A DNA stretch of 43,860 nucleotides, counting the filler, from Somniosus microcephalus (taxonomy: Eukaryota), in assembly GCA_052327205.1 (NCBI GenBank). It is 2 parts of 2 records of this genome, joined end to end, with 100 filler letters (N's around TTAATTAATTAA, not from the genome) between each part and the next. Parts side by side here need not be neighbours in the genome. Positions count along the whole stretch, not along the records: positions 18,688 to 43,860 come from JBMRGM010000037.1; 1 more part is not named here. One strand, written 5' to 3'. Made by a program: the position numbers and the translations under genes. Every line of letters starts with the position of its first letter. Positions within the stretch are counted from its first letter, which is position 1. Below the pieces are notes generated by a model, which saw only the letters and a program-made list of their open reading frames with translations, did not search any database and was not told the DNA's origin. Below are positions 26,409 through 38,660 of the stretch, in pieces.

Positions 26409-27161
26409 TGTGAGGGTGCCGGTCAGTTCCTTCAGCAACCTCTAGATGGCACTTCACTTGTTTGTTTCCCTTTTTTAATTGTTTCTAGTCTCTTGTGTTT
26501 ATTAGTTAACTGCCTTTTATCTGGTTCATTGGTTGTACCTGGTTTTGTTGGTATATAAGTTCTGTGGTTTCTTCCCTCTGTGCTCAGTCCTGACAAGGGA
26601 TATAGTCTTGACAACGTTCTCTGTCTTGACTAGGTGCTCAGTCTCGACTAGCCTTTTGCTCTGTGGCAGCTTGCCTTGACAAGCTGGTTGCCATGGTTGT
26701 TGCTTGTATTTAAGTCTGTGGTTCTTCCTTTTGATCTCGGTCTTGACAAGGTGCTGACAAGTTGCTCAGCCTTGATAAAGAGCTCAGTTTGGACAAGCAT
26801 GTTGCCCTGTGATAGCTTGTCTTGAGCTCTGTATTGATAAGCCGATTACCCCTGTGGTTGCTTGTCTTGAGTCTTATCTCGGCAAGCCGGTTGCCTATGT
26901 TTAGCTTGTCTCGAGCTCAGTCTGGACAAGTGGGTTGCCTCATCGAAGCTTGTCCTGAGTTCCTATCTTGACTAGCCGTTTGGTAGCTTGTCTTGAGCTC
27001 TTATGTTTGTTACTGTTTTCCTTGTGTGAATCTAGTAAAGTACTGTTATTTAAGACTGTAAACCTGCTTCTCGCCTCGTCTGTCTGCACTTGGGTCCAGA
27101 ACCAGCTTCGTCCGGACAGCACGGCCCCATATCTACACGCCCCCGTGACACCAACCCTGAT
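26409..27161 (+). mobile_element. LTR-like insertion inside the protease of element 1
   Basis: TGT...ACA ends (26409 and 27150), AGTAAA near the 3' end, internal ttgtcttga-type repeats; AGATAAGT repeated at 26402-26409 and 27162-27169. Confidence 0.65.
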
Positions 27162-29185
27162 AGATAAGTCCCTTTAACCTTCTCTACCTCCATCTGCATG
27201 AGCGGTCTCTTCCATCTGTCATACCGGAGATCACACAGGTGGACAGGCTGCGCGGGCTCCCATCATTCTGGGGAGTCAGATGGGCCTGAGGGAAGTACAA
27301 CACCGATGGTGGCAACTATTTTCCCCTGGCTGGCCTGGAGGAGAGATCGTAGGGACTGTATCGACTCCAGGAGTGGCTCGATTGCAGCGGGAGGGATACC
27401 TGGCCCTGCCTTTTGGGCTGTGGCTGGTGAATTCCTCCCCTTATTCTCCTTCCCGGGATTCTTACAATCCTTTCACCAGTGGCCGTCCTTCCCGCACCCG
27501 TAACAGTTCAGCTTATTCTGGGAAGGATGGTTTCCCTCCTGGTGCCATTCTTTCTTATTCTGGCCCCCAGGTTTAACCTCATGGGGCGTCTCGATACCCC
27601 TTATTTTTTTTAATGCTATCATGAGCTGGCGGACCACCGTTTCCTCAGTGGTCTGGGGGCTACGGGGGTTAAACCAGGCCGCAGCCTGGGCTCGGATTTG
27701 GGGCAGGCAGTTTGTCATTAGACAACGGAGCCAGTGGGCCAATTGGTCTTGGTCCATCAACGTTCATGCTGGCGTTCCCGGGCACGCCCTCCAGCAGACT
27801 GACCACAGCCTGTCTGCGAATGCCTGTGGGGACTCCCCTGGGAGCTGTACCATTCTTTCTACATGGGTGAACCGGCTGCCGTCATTCATACCCATGGCCT
27901 CCAATCTCTCATCCCTTAAGTCATTGTATCAATTCTGCCCCTTCTTACATTCATCTGATAGGGTCTGGAGGAGTTTATCCTCCAGAGAAAACAGCAGCAT
28001 CTTGGCTTGCTCTTTGTCATCGTGCCATTAACGCAAGCTGCCTGTTCTGTCTCTCTCAAATACAGTGAGGGGTTTCCCTTTTCAGCGAGCTTGGGGATGT
28101 GACTAGCCATGGCTCTGAGTTGCTGGGTGCCATGCAGTACTACAAACTGGTTTTGGGCGGCTCATTTTTCGTTGTCATCGCCGGGCGGGCCGTATCTCCA
28201 TTGTCGGAGGGGGTACACCGGTCCCGGACCTGGCCTATCTAGCGGGGTTGCTGTACCTACGCTACCACTTCAACGTCCACCCCACTATGCTGCCAGACCT
28301 CCTGAAAGCTCAGAGATATGGGTGGTGGACGTGAAACCTCTGGTTCCCTTGCTGGCTCATCCCTTTGCGCTGCCTGTGGGACCGTTCTGCTTGGGTTGCC
28401 GGTAAAGTCCGACTGGCCTGCCTTTGGGCTGATAAGGCATATCATCCCCTTAGCCCTCGCTAAAGCCATACTCAAGGTTTCTATCTCTTCCCTACAGGAG
28501 CCATGATCTTCTTCCTCGAACCCTCGGTCGCAAGCCAGCCTATATGCTGCCTTTACTTCTTTAACCTTCTCCTCCTGTTCTCTTATCTCTTGGGTTAGGT
28601 GGGCAATTGTGTCCTGTAACCTTATCTCACTACCTCTTGCCTCTCTGACCTGGAACTCCAAACTCTCCACCTTGTACCTTGCGCTACCTTTGATTTCGGT
28701 GGTCTGGCATTCCAGGCGCTCTATTTTTGCTCTTGTATTATTCTTAACTTCAGCGACCCGACTCTCCAGGTGCTCTATTTTTGCCTGGTGTGCTTTTGCC
28801 GTCTGCACTCTTTCTTGGTTTAGCGCCTGAAGCGCCACTATCAAATTCTCCTCTGCTAAAGCCTTATCCTGTATCTCTATCTCCTTGTCCTGGATTTCTA
28901 CGGCCGCTTTCTTAAGCTTGGCAGCCTGTGCTGTTACAACTCCGTCCAACATCAGGACCTGTTTCTTGCAGCACATAAGCCACACTGCTTTCTCTATTGA
29001 CCCCTTATGTTGTTTACTGGCCGTCCACTGGGGCAGCTACAGCTATGGGATGCTCAGCCTGCAATAGGGTGAGTATCCACTTCTTGTGATATTCACCTTT
29101 CTAAACACATAATCGGACAACCTCTCTTCCTTTACGGCTCCTTCGTCCGCACCACTGTCTGCTATATCGCACACTTCTGCCAGGG

Positions 29186-29203
29186 TCCTGCCGCCGGTCG
29201 CCA
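29186..29203 (-). promoter_or_regulatory. Primer-binding-site-like sequence of element 1
   Basis: ...CCCCTACA gaa TGGCGACCGGCGGCAGGA; homologous to 40755-40771. Confidence 0.6.
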
Positions 29204-30576
29204 TTCTGTAGGGGCTTTTGCTACTTGCTTGGCCAGTCGTTTATGTCTCTGGCTGCCTTATCTCTGAGCAGTTCAAATCGCTCGCACCTTAGTTCTGATC
29301 CCCAGACTTATTGGCAGATAGCGAAATAGACAAACGAGCAGACCGGTGGTTTGGTACAAGGAAACCAAAGGAGGCGAGGGAGAGAGAGAGAATGGCTGCT
29401 CGAGTGGCTAGTTATACCCACCTCAGTAGCCCTTATGTCTACATTCAATCAGATCATTCTTTGTATGATTTGGGTGAGCTCGTTTAAAACAAAAGTATCA
29501 ATATTGGCCCATTGACTTGGATGGCCGGTAATCAGTTCCTGCTGGTTCTGCAACTGCTCTCCTTTGTCCAACAATTTCTTTGATGGGGGCCAGCCCTGTC
29601 TTGATGATTATTTTGATTGTTTGAGCAAACACCTTGATGGCCTTCATGCGTAGGTCTGATTGTAATTGGGTTTGTCCCCAATGCATATGCAAAAGCCCTG
29701 TCTGGTTTTGTGATCTCCTTGCTGCAGACATTGAACTGCACAAGCTGTTAGCTTGCCAGGGTCCGAATTGAAACTGACAGGCTTTCGGTCACGAGGTCTG
29801 ACCGCAGCCATTTTGTTGTGCCCTGGATGTTAAAACTCAGTTCAACCATGGACTCTTTTAATTAAATAATCCTCAGGGTGGAACTCTCTGAATTTTGCGA
29901 AACTTACATCTGATACAAAAGTTCAGTATCGATAGCAGACTGAAATTCCTTAAATAAAGTGTCACCTCCAATAAATTTGCTGCAATTGAATACAGAACAT
30001 TTGAATCTTGGTAACACAATATCACCTTCAGAATCAATAGCTGACAGCAGCGCGGATGGGATGGGGAATAACAAAGAGTGAAACACAGTTAAACATGTGG
30101 GGAGAAATTCGGCTCCCCTTAGCGCCTTCAGGGAGTGCTAATGTGGCACTAGATACTTAGCACCTGAGTGCGGCTATTTTAACACAACTGGCAAAATTGA
30201 CCAGTCGTTTTGTGCTGGCGCTAAACACTACGGCCAGAATCTCCTACGCCCAGAGATCATGATGTCATTTGAGCATGCAATGCATTGGTAGCGCCCCAGA
30301 ATGGGATATCGAGTCGCGTCACTGGCTTTCCACCTGCCCCTAGGAACAAGAGGTAAAGGGATACGTTTTCAAGTGGGGAATGGGCTGGGGAAGCGCTATT
30401 TAAATGCGGATGCTTCCTGCCTTTTGTTCCCAGCAACATTTTTGGTACATGCAGCCTGAGAGGGAGAGAGATGTCTGGAGAGATTCAACGCTGACCGAAG
30501 GAGTTTTGGGTCCTGAGCACCACTTTGGAGATTCATTTTTACATCACCTTCCTTATAACGATATTTAGAAGCTTCG

Positions 30577-31666
30577 ATGGGGGCTGCACTACCTCGGGGC
30601 GTTGTCGTCCAGCTTCACCTTCGGAGACAGCAGAGGTGCAGAGAAAGAGTGGCACACGTGGCCAGAAGGAGGAAGGCCAACAGGTCTCTGCACAGGAGTC
30701 CTTGCCCTCCCAGGGTATTCAGCGAGCAATTCTCCTTCTGTATCACTGAGCTCTGCCGCCTCCTGCAACCAATTCTGCAGCCTCAGCTGAGGAACAGGAC
30801 TTCTCTTTTGGTGACAGTGAATGTGACAGTGGCTCTGAATTTCTAATTCAGCGGTGCCTTTCAGGCTTCTACTTGGGACACAGTGAATATCTTCCAGTTC
30901 GCTGTTCATTGCTGCATCCGGGAACTGACAAAAGCTTTGTATAAGAGACATCAGTACATGTCTCCCCATGACTCGGGACAAACAGTGCGAACATGCATGT
31001 GGTTTTGCGAGGATAGTGGGCTTCCCCATGGTTCAGGGCAACATTGAATGCACGCATGTGGCATTGTGGGCACCACATGAGAATGCAGAGGTGTTCCAAA
31101 ACCATAAGGGCTTCCAATCTCTGAATGTCCAGTTGGTCTGTGATAACAGACAGCTCATACTCGCCTTCAATGCCCACTCTCCTGGCAGCAACCATGATAC
31201 ATTTATCCTGCGCCAGACCAGTGTCGCAGACCTCTTCCAACCACCATATCAACCTATTGGATGGCTCTTCGGGGACAAGGGTTATCCACTCTGCAACTGG
31301 CTGATGATATTGCTCTGTAACCCACAAACGCCTGCCGCGCTGCAATACAATGAGAGCCATAGCGCCACCAGAAAACTCACAGAGCAGACGATCGGTGCCT
31401 TGAAACAACTGTTCCGGTGTCTGGACGACTCGGGAGCCATGCAGTACTCTCCCAAGCGCGTTTCCCTCTTCATTGTTGTGTGCTGCATGCTTCATAATAT
31501 TGCAATGATGAGGACCCAGCCATTGCCACCAGGGATTGGTGCACCACCTGAGGAGGAGGAGGAGGAAGAAGAGGGGGAGGAGGAGGAGGAGGAAGAAGAG
31601 GGAGAGGAGGAAGAGGAGGAAGAGGGAGTGGCGGAGGGGGAAGATGATGAAGAGGAGGATCAGTAG
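30577..31666 (+). pseudogene. Harbinger/PIF DDE transposase, decayed
   Basis: GFPMVQGNIECTHV, NHKGFQSLNVQLVCD, PGSNHD, GDKGYP, EQTIGALKQLFRCLD, CCMLHN and an acidic tail. The 5' part has a stop and frameshifts, and the first catalytic D reads E. Confidence 0.9.
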
Positions 31667-32169
31667 CACCAACGTGGGAGGGAGGCGTAAAATATTGCCA
31701 ATGCAACGGTCGTCTGTGAATGACTCATAAGACACGGATTCTTACACTTTACAGAGAAGATGGCGTCTGGGATGAAGATGCACAACGTTAAAAGTATCCC
31801 ACACCCGCTATTGCTGGGCAAAGCTGAAATTAGTCAAATGACCAAAGATGAAAATTTAGAATTAAAAAAAATATTGATATTACAAAATCTGTCATTTATT
31901 CAGGACAAACAATTAGAAAACAACACAACAAATCATGAACTAACAAAACTCGTTCTCACAACATGGAGATAAACGGCAAAACAGTCAACAAATATAATAA
32001 CAACAGCCTCGAACTTTCCCCACAAACATTCCCACGATTTAGTTACAGATTCTACTTTTGGGCCTTCGAGGTTCAATTCCATCCCCTGCGCAGTTCCCTG
32101 CTTCCCACCTTACTGCTCCTCCTAATGAGGCCCCAGTGGCTGCAGCAAAGCTGGCGAAAGGCTGCTGAA

Positions 32170-33465
32170 TGCTAGATCCAGAGATTGCCTTGAAGGACGG
32201 CCTCGACCAGGTCTAGGCCTGGAGGGCTCGGCTGCAGACTGCACCAACTCTGCATGGGCGGCAGCAGTCTGGGCTGGCTGTGTTGCAGGCTGTGCCAAGT
32301 GCAATGGGGAAGTGGCAGTGGTGGGAGCAGGATAGCTGTCCTCCTGAGAGAGGACAGCAGCTTCCTGCTTGACCGCCACACTGCCTCACGCCCGGGCAGA
32401 ACCTTAGCATCCTGAGCAATCTGCTCGAGCACATATTGCTGGCCTGCTGCAGCACTGCTAGATTCCAGGGGGAATGTGGACGATCCAGTGAGGATGGCAG
32501 CAGTCAATGCTTGCGTGTCTTAAACCTGAGACTGCAACAGAGCAGTCTGAGACTGGATGGAATCAGCCAATGACTCAATTGCAGCACTAAGGCATTGCAT
32601 TGCGTCAGCCTGTGTTGCAATGTATTGTGCCTCCTCATCTATTACACGCACCTTTGGTTCCCCATGTTCTCCCTGCAATTCAGGCATCCTCTGCATCGAG
32701 GCAAGGATTGGTTCAATGGTTTCCGCACAGATGACAGCTCTGCTGGTGGCAGAATACTCCATGCACCTTGTCAGTGCATCCGTGCTATCGGGAACCATTG
32801 CCATTGCACCCATCAGCTCAGTGTGCATGCACAAGGCCTGGGTATTCATGGCTGCGTTATCAAGGTCACCATCATAGTCCTGTGCAGAAGAATCGGCGAG
32901 TCTACTCACCCACAAGGATAGATGGTTCCCGAGCTTCCCTACCCCTTGGCTTTGCTGCAGCTCGCTGGGTCCTGGAGCGTCACTCTCATCAGACCTGAAC
33001 CCCCTGCTAACCTCCAGGGAAGGCGTGGCCCCAGTGTCTGATGTGTCACCCTCGGGAGATGCAGGTGGTAAGGCTCAGAGTTCACCTCCCTCCTCTTCCA
33101 CTGGCAGGCTGAGGGACAGGTTGGTCAGCTGGTGGTTCACCACCTGCAAGCAGGAAGGTAATAGATTGGATTTAGTTTGAGGGCAGGGGGGCAGGAAGGG
33201 AGCAAGGACTCGAGACAATTATTTGGATTGAAAGTGTAAAAGGCTGGTGTTGTGTGGCGGTAGTGATATGAGAGATGAGAGAAAGCTGATCAACATACCA
33301 TTGCTGTCCCAAGGGTTGCGACCTCTCCAGCGGCCACGACTCCTATCGCCGGGCTGGCAATGATCCTGTGCACTCTATCCTCCAACTCAGTCAAAGGCTG
33401 TAGGTCTACATGTCCTCCTCCTGTGCGTTACTGCTCCCTTCTGTTATGGGAGAGCTTGGCCAGCA
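32170..33465 (-). pseudogene. Convergent Harbinger partner (Myb/SANT-type) gene remnant
   Basis: Exon-like 33299-33461 reads KLSHNRREQ*RTGGGHVDLQPLTELEDRV, followed by a gtatg donor; acceptor ttgcag at ~33144; downstream low-complexity/coiled-coil ORF 32520-32915. Confidence 0.6.
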
Positions 33466-33494
33466 AGGAAAAGGTCAGCGTGTGTGTGAGTGTG

Positions 33495-33757
33495 CAGAAA
33501 TGTGCTTGGTAGATGTGCCTACCATAGTTGAAGAGCCATTGTTGTGTGCAATCATGTGTTTAGCAATGTGCCTACCATAGTTGAATAGACGTTATTGTGT
33601 GCAGGCATGTGTTTATCAGACGTGCCTACCATAGTTGAATAGACGTTATTGTGTGCAGGCATGTGTTTGGCAGATGTGCCTACCATAGTTGAATAGACGT
33701 TATTGTGTGCAGGCATGTGTTTGGCAGATGTGCCTGCCATAGTTGAATAGCTGTTAC
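33495..33757 (+). repeat. 54-bp tandem repeat, about 5 units
   Basis: Unit agatgtgcctaccatagttgaatagacgttattgtgtgcaggcatgtgtttggc. Confidence 0.9.
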
Positions 33758-33925
33758 TGATCATTATCACACTGCTGTTTGTGGGAGCTTACTTTGCAGA
33801 AATTGGCTGCTGCATTTCTCAGATTTCAACAGTGACGACACTTCTAAACAATTCATTGGCTGTAAAGCGCTTCGAGACGTCTGGTGGCCGGGAAAGGTGC
33901 TAAGTAAATGGAAGACATTATTTTA
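33757..33925 (+). mobile_element. DeuSINE 3' fragment
   Basis: Matches ~1920-2085. Confidence 0.75.
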
Positions 33926-33954
33926 TCTTAGACCTTACACTAGTAAACTACTGT

Positions 33955-34672
33955 GGATGCTGCAAATCTGAATTAACAACAGAAAATGTTGGAACAGTCA
34001 GCAGGTCAGGCAGCATCCGTGGAGAGAGAAACAGAGTTAACGTTTCAGGTCTGGGACCCTTCATCAGAACTGGAATCATTTAGAGATGTATCAGGTTTTA
34101 AGCAGGTGCAGGGGCAGGGAAAGGGGGGAGGGGAGGAATGAACAAAAGGGACGGTCTGTCATCGGATGGGAGGCAGGAGTTGATAAATGTTGTAAATGGG
34201 GATTGCAGAATCATCAGCAGCTGCCACCTGAAAAAACAGGGGCCGAGGTTATGGTTTGAAATTGTTAAACTCAGTTTTGAGTCCAGAATGCTGGAAAGTG
34301 CCTTTTCAAGCTTACGTTGTAAGAGGCCGAGGACAGAGAGGTCAGAGTGAGAGAGGCGCGCTTGTCACTTTAATTCTCCGCTCCACTCCCACTCCCACTC
34401 TGACTGCAGCTCAGGCGGCAGCTGTTGATGATTCTGCCATCCCCATTGGCAACATTTAACCACTCCTGCCTCCCACTCTATCACAGACCGCCCCTTTTTT
34501 TATTTCCTCCCATCCAACCTTTCCTGCCCCTGCATCTGCTTACAATCTGTTTCATCTCTAACTTTTTCCAGCTCTGACGAACGGTCACGGACCTGAAATT
34601 TAACTCTGTTTCCCTCCCCACGGATGCTGCCTGACCTGCTGAGTGTTTCCAGCAGTTTCTGCTTCTATCTGA
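33955..34672. mobile_element. Inverted pair of Penelope-like 3' fragments (minus ~33955-34352, plus ~34362-34672)
   Basis: Both arms are homologous to 2377-2945, and each carries a hammerhead motif. Confidence 0.75.
34035..34071 (-). ncRNA. Minimal type I hammerhead ribozyme, core intact
   Basis: agtt CTGATGA a gggtc-cca-gacct GAAA cgtt aact with palindromic ACGT in helix III. Confidence 0.75.
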
Positions 34673-34830
34673 GACCATTTTGGATTCTCTTTTAGTCTGA
34701 CCCCACCTAATGCCGTACTCTTTCATGCTCTACTGCTATCTGTCTCTCCCAATCCTTTGAGCACCTTGTTTCTCCTTTCTAATGCCACATCCTGGTTACC
34801 ATCCCCCTGGAAGATTATTATAAAACCTCC

Positions 34831-35390
34831 CTTGTGTGCAGTTTTGGTCGCCTTATCTGAGGAAGGATGTTCTTGCCATGGAAGGAGTTCAGCGAAGATT
34901 CACCAGGCTGATACCTGGGATGGCAGGAATGATGAATGAGGAGAGATTGGGTCGATTGCGCTTGTACTCGCTGGAGTTTAGAAGAATGAGGGGATCTCAT
35001 TGAAACCTATAAAATTCTGACAGGACTGGACAGACTAGATGCAGGAAGGATGTTCCCGATGGGCGGGGTGTCCAGAACCAGGGATCACAGTCTAAGGATA
35101 AGGGGTAGGCCATTTCGGACAGAGATGAGGAGGAATGTCTTCTCCCAGAGAGTGGTGAACCGGTGGAATTCTCTACCACAAATGCAGTAGAGGCGAATAC
35201 ATTAAATATATTCAAGAAGGAGTTGGATATATTTCTCAAGGCAAAAGGGATCAAGGGATATGGGGAGAAGGCAGGGACAGGGTACTGAATTTGGATGATC
35301 AGCCATGATCGCGTTGAATGGCGGAGCAGGCTCGAGGGGCCGAATGGCCTACTCCTGCTCCTATCTTCTATATTTCTATGTCTCTATGTT
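34831..35390 (+). mobile_element. CR1 3' fragment (same subfamily as 893-1667)
   Basis: Near-identical to ~1132-1667; tail ttctatgtctctatg. Confidence 0.9.
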
Positions 35391-36165
35391 TCTCCCCAAC
35401 AGCACGAGCGGACCCCACCGCCCCGTGAGTACATTGGTTCCGGGTCTGTTGAGGTGTAACACATCCGGCCTGTACAGGTCCCACCTCCCACAGACCCGGT
35501 CACAATGTCCCAAACATCTAAAGCCCTCCCTCCTGCACTATCTCTCCAGCCACGCATTCTTCTGCTCTGTCCCTCTATTGTAGGTTAGGGTGTATTTGTA
35601 TGGTTTAGGGAGCATTTTGTATAACTATAATATATGAAATTGTATGTTAAATGCCTAGAAGCCTGTATAAAATGGCGAATGGCTGAGAGAAAAGCAGGAT
35701 GGGAAATTGAGCTAACCTGACTGAAACTCGCTCTGTTAGCAATTACTGAAGTAATGGAATGTAATGCTAAGTTTATAGAGAGTAGCAGCGAGGTGGTATT
35801 CAGTAATGTGATAGAAAAGAGATAAGAGTTGGAGAAGAGAGAGAGATAAGAGATGCTATCCTCAGTGATAACTACCATAAAATGGACAAATAGTTTCAAT
35901 AACATCTTGGGTAATGGTTTTTGGAAAGAGAATATCTGAAGTTAAAAACGCCCTTTGATATGCACAAAGCAAGTCCGAGTGGGAGCAACAAGGTCATAAA
36001 ACATGTATTGGTGTCGGATAGCTGTTTGCAGTCACGTAGGAAGAGGGAAAAAAGGTGTATAAAGATACTGAAGGCAGCGCGAACCAGAGTTGAAGAAGTT
36101 TCAGTCGACAGAACACAGCAAGAAACCAGAGAAGCGAGTTTCAGTCGAGAGAAAACAGCAACAGA

Positions 36166-38625
36166 ATGGGGAAACTTGGCAATGATGCCCGAAGGGGAAT
36201 GACAGTCATTATAGATTACATTCAGAATTTTTTATGGGTGGAGTCTAAACCGGGAGATATAGTTCAAATCTCAGACGCTCACTCGGTGTTTGCTATAAAG
36301 AAGCCTGAGCAGGTAGCACTGCCGGCACATTCTCTGCCTGCTGTTAACTCCTTAGTGAGCAAATATACATCAGCCTTTGCTAAATCTAAACACGACTGTG
36401 GGAGGATGGAATGGGAGACGCGAGTTAATGTGCCACCCCATCGTGCATGTAAACAATATCCGATTCCCGGAGAAAGTATTCCATATTTGCGAACCGTAAT
36501 TGTCTCATTGGAAGAACAGGGAGTACTGCGCAAGTTTCTGTTCACTACCAATTCTCCTGGCGGGCCAGTTACAAAGCCGGATGAATCTTGGAGGCTGACT
36601 ATTGAGTACCATGCCTTAAATAAAGCTTCCCCACGTCAAAGCCCGACTGTTATTCAAGCCACTTCACTACGGATATCCATATCCCCCAAGGCCACTGTCG
36701 TCTCCACATTAGACATAGCGAATGGTTTCTGGAGTATTCCAGTTGCTCAGGAGGACCAGTACAATTTTTTTTCACGTTTGAAGGGCAGGGCTACACATTT
36801 AGCTGTCTATTGCAAGGGTTTCATAACTCGCCATCGATCTTTCATCAGTATATGGCACGAGAAGTTAAAGACTTTTCTAAAACTTCAGCCCTTCTACAGT
36901 ATGTTGATGATCTACTTTTGTCTACTGAAACAGTGGAAGAACACCTAGAACTCCTAGATCAGCTGATATCGACGCTCAGGATTGGTCAGAGGGATTTCAA
37001 GTTCCCGTCCACTCCTCACAACAGGCAGAACTGATTGCTGTAATTCTAGCCGTACATTACATGACTATGGGTGAAACAAATATCTGTTCCTGCAGCAGTT
37101 ACGTTTGTAACACAGTTATGGCTCTTCCCCTCTATAGTACATTCTGTTCTCCTCCGTAATCTATGGAAAGTGCTCCAGGTAAGAGTCGCTCCTTGTCACG
37201 TGGATCAGGTAGCAGGCCATCAGAAAGATTCATCCCCCCATTTCCGAGGTAACCAAATGTCCGATTGCTTTGCTAAGGAGGCGGCCGAGAATGGAAAGCT
37301 ACTAACTTGGTGGGTGATGAATGATACTCAGACACCCGTAGTGGGGACAGTGACTGAGACTAAAACCATTGATCTTTTGGCCCCACAGGTTTCATATGCT
37401 CCTTATGCACAGGTAATAGCCTGGCATCAACAGGGATGCCCGCTACCAGCACCCACCCTATGGGCAGACTGCACTGTAATGCAACAAGGTGTAGATAAAT
37501 ACCCTCCCCTACCAATGATCAGGAATAAAGAGGGAGAGCTAGTAGTTTGTATTCCTCCTCAGTTAAAGGAAGAAATTCTAGCTCTCTTTCATTCTCACCC
37601 GATGGCGGGACGTTACTCAGCGACCTCTACACCACAAAAGTTATTACCTGTTTGCTGGTGGCCTGGAATGGATCAGTATGTGGAACAGTATATTAATCTG
37701 TGCCTGCCATGCCTACAGAAAACCCCTCGTTCAAGTTCAAATTGCGCTTTTCTTAGGTCACAGCCCCCTCCCGATGGACCATGGACACACTAACAGATTG
37801 ACTTTATTGGTAAACTAACCAAATCCAAGGTGAACTATCAGTACCCACTTGCGAGAGTCGATCAGTTCACAAAATGGATAGAGGCTTTTCCCACGAGAAA
37901 TAACACAGCACGCACCACCGCTCGATTTCTCTGGAGTGAATACTTCTGCAGGTGGGGATTGCCACTACAAGTGGATAGTGATCAGGGTTCACACTTTACA
38001 GGGGCGGATTTCACAATTCTGCAAGAACTGTTACAGTTAAAACATAAATTGCACGTTGTGCACCATCGACAATCATCAGGGATTTGGGGAGTGGAAATCG
38101 AACTTTAAAGACAATGTTACAGAAGTTGTGTACAGAACACACCACTCAGTGGATTAACATGTTGCCTTTTTGACTAATGGCAATACGCTCTGCCCCACAT
38201 GGGACTATGAGGGTGAGTCCAAATGAGGCTCTGACTGGGAGACAAATAAGGATACTAAGACATGTAACATTGGGAAATAACATACCATTATATCTACAAC
38301 GATGGAGCCAAAAATGCTTGCAAACATTGATAGATCATATTGACAAGGAGAACAAATTGGTCACCATTAATATAGGCAAATTTCGTGAACAAATGAAGCC
38401 ATATTATGGTAAGAGGGTAAACCATTGAGTATGATGCTGGAGACAGAGTAATGTTACAACATTTCTCTCCAAAAAAACACTCATTCGATATAAAATGGAC
38501 GGGCCCTCATACCTTAGTAGATAAATTAAATCGAGCTGTATATCTACTGAATGTCCAATATGGTCCCAAGGGAGAAGCTAAACTGAAATGGTTTCATATA
38601 AATCAGATGTTAACTGTTAAGAATT
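36166..38625 (+). mobile_element. Decayed retrovirus-like element 2: pol remnant (RT, end of RNase H, integrase)
   Basis: FAKSKHDCG, LDIANGFW, QGFHNSP, YVDDLLL; GNQMSDCFAKEAA; HSHPMAG..WWPG..CLPC; VDSDQGSHFTG; ends WFHINQ. There is a deletion between RT and RH. Confidence 0.9.
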
Positions 38626-38660
38626 AAGATGTTACATTTTGGTTTACCCACAGGTTAAAG

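Larger units (their letters stand above)
22282..29370 (-). mobile_element. Decayed retrovirus-like LTR element 1 (U5-PBS-gag-PR-RT-tether-RNase H-IN), 3'-truncated
   Basis: Coiled-coil/gag ~29000-27263 with CYGCGKDGHW; PR LLDTGASS; RT LDISNGFW, LPQGF, YVDDLLL; degenerate RH ~25000-24700; RH IYVDGSS...GNQQADMMAK ~24550-24120; IN WWPG, DSDEGSHFTG, SSGIVERMNR. Confidence 0.9.

Noticed and set aside
30968-31666. Domesticated HARBI1 gene
   Set aside because: Upstream stop and frameshifts, altered catalytic residue and a linked partner remnant indicate a dead transposon.
35585-36160. Possible decayed gag N-terminus of element 2
   Set aside because: Only faint resemblance and many stops; cannot be supported by eye.
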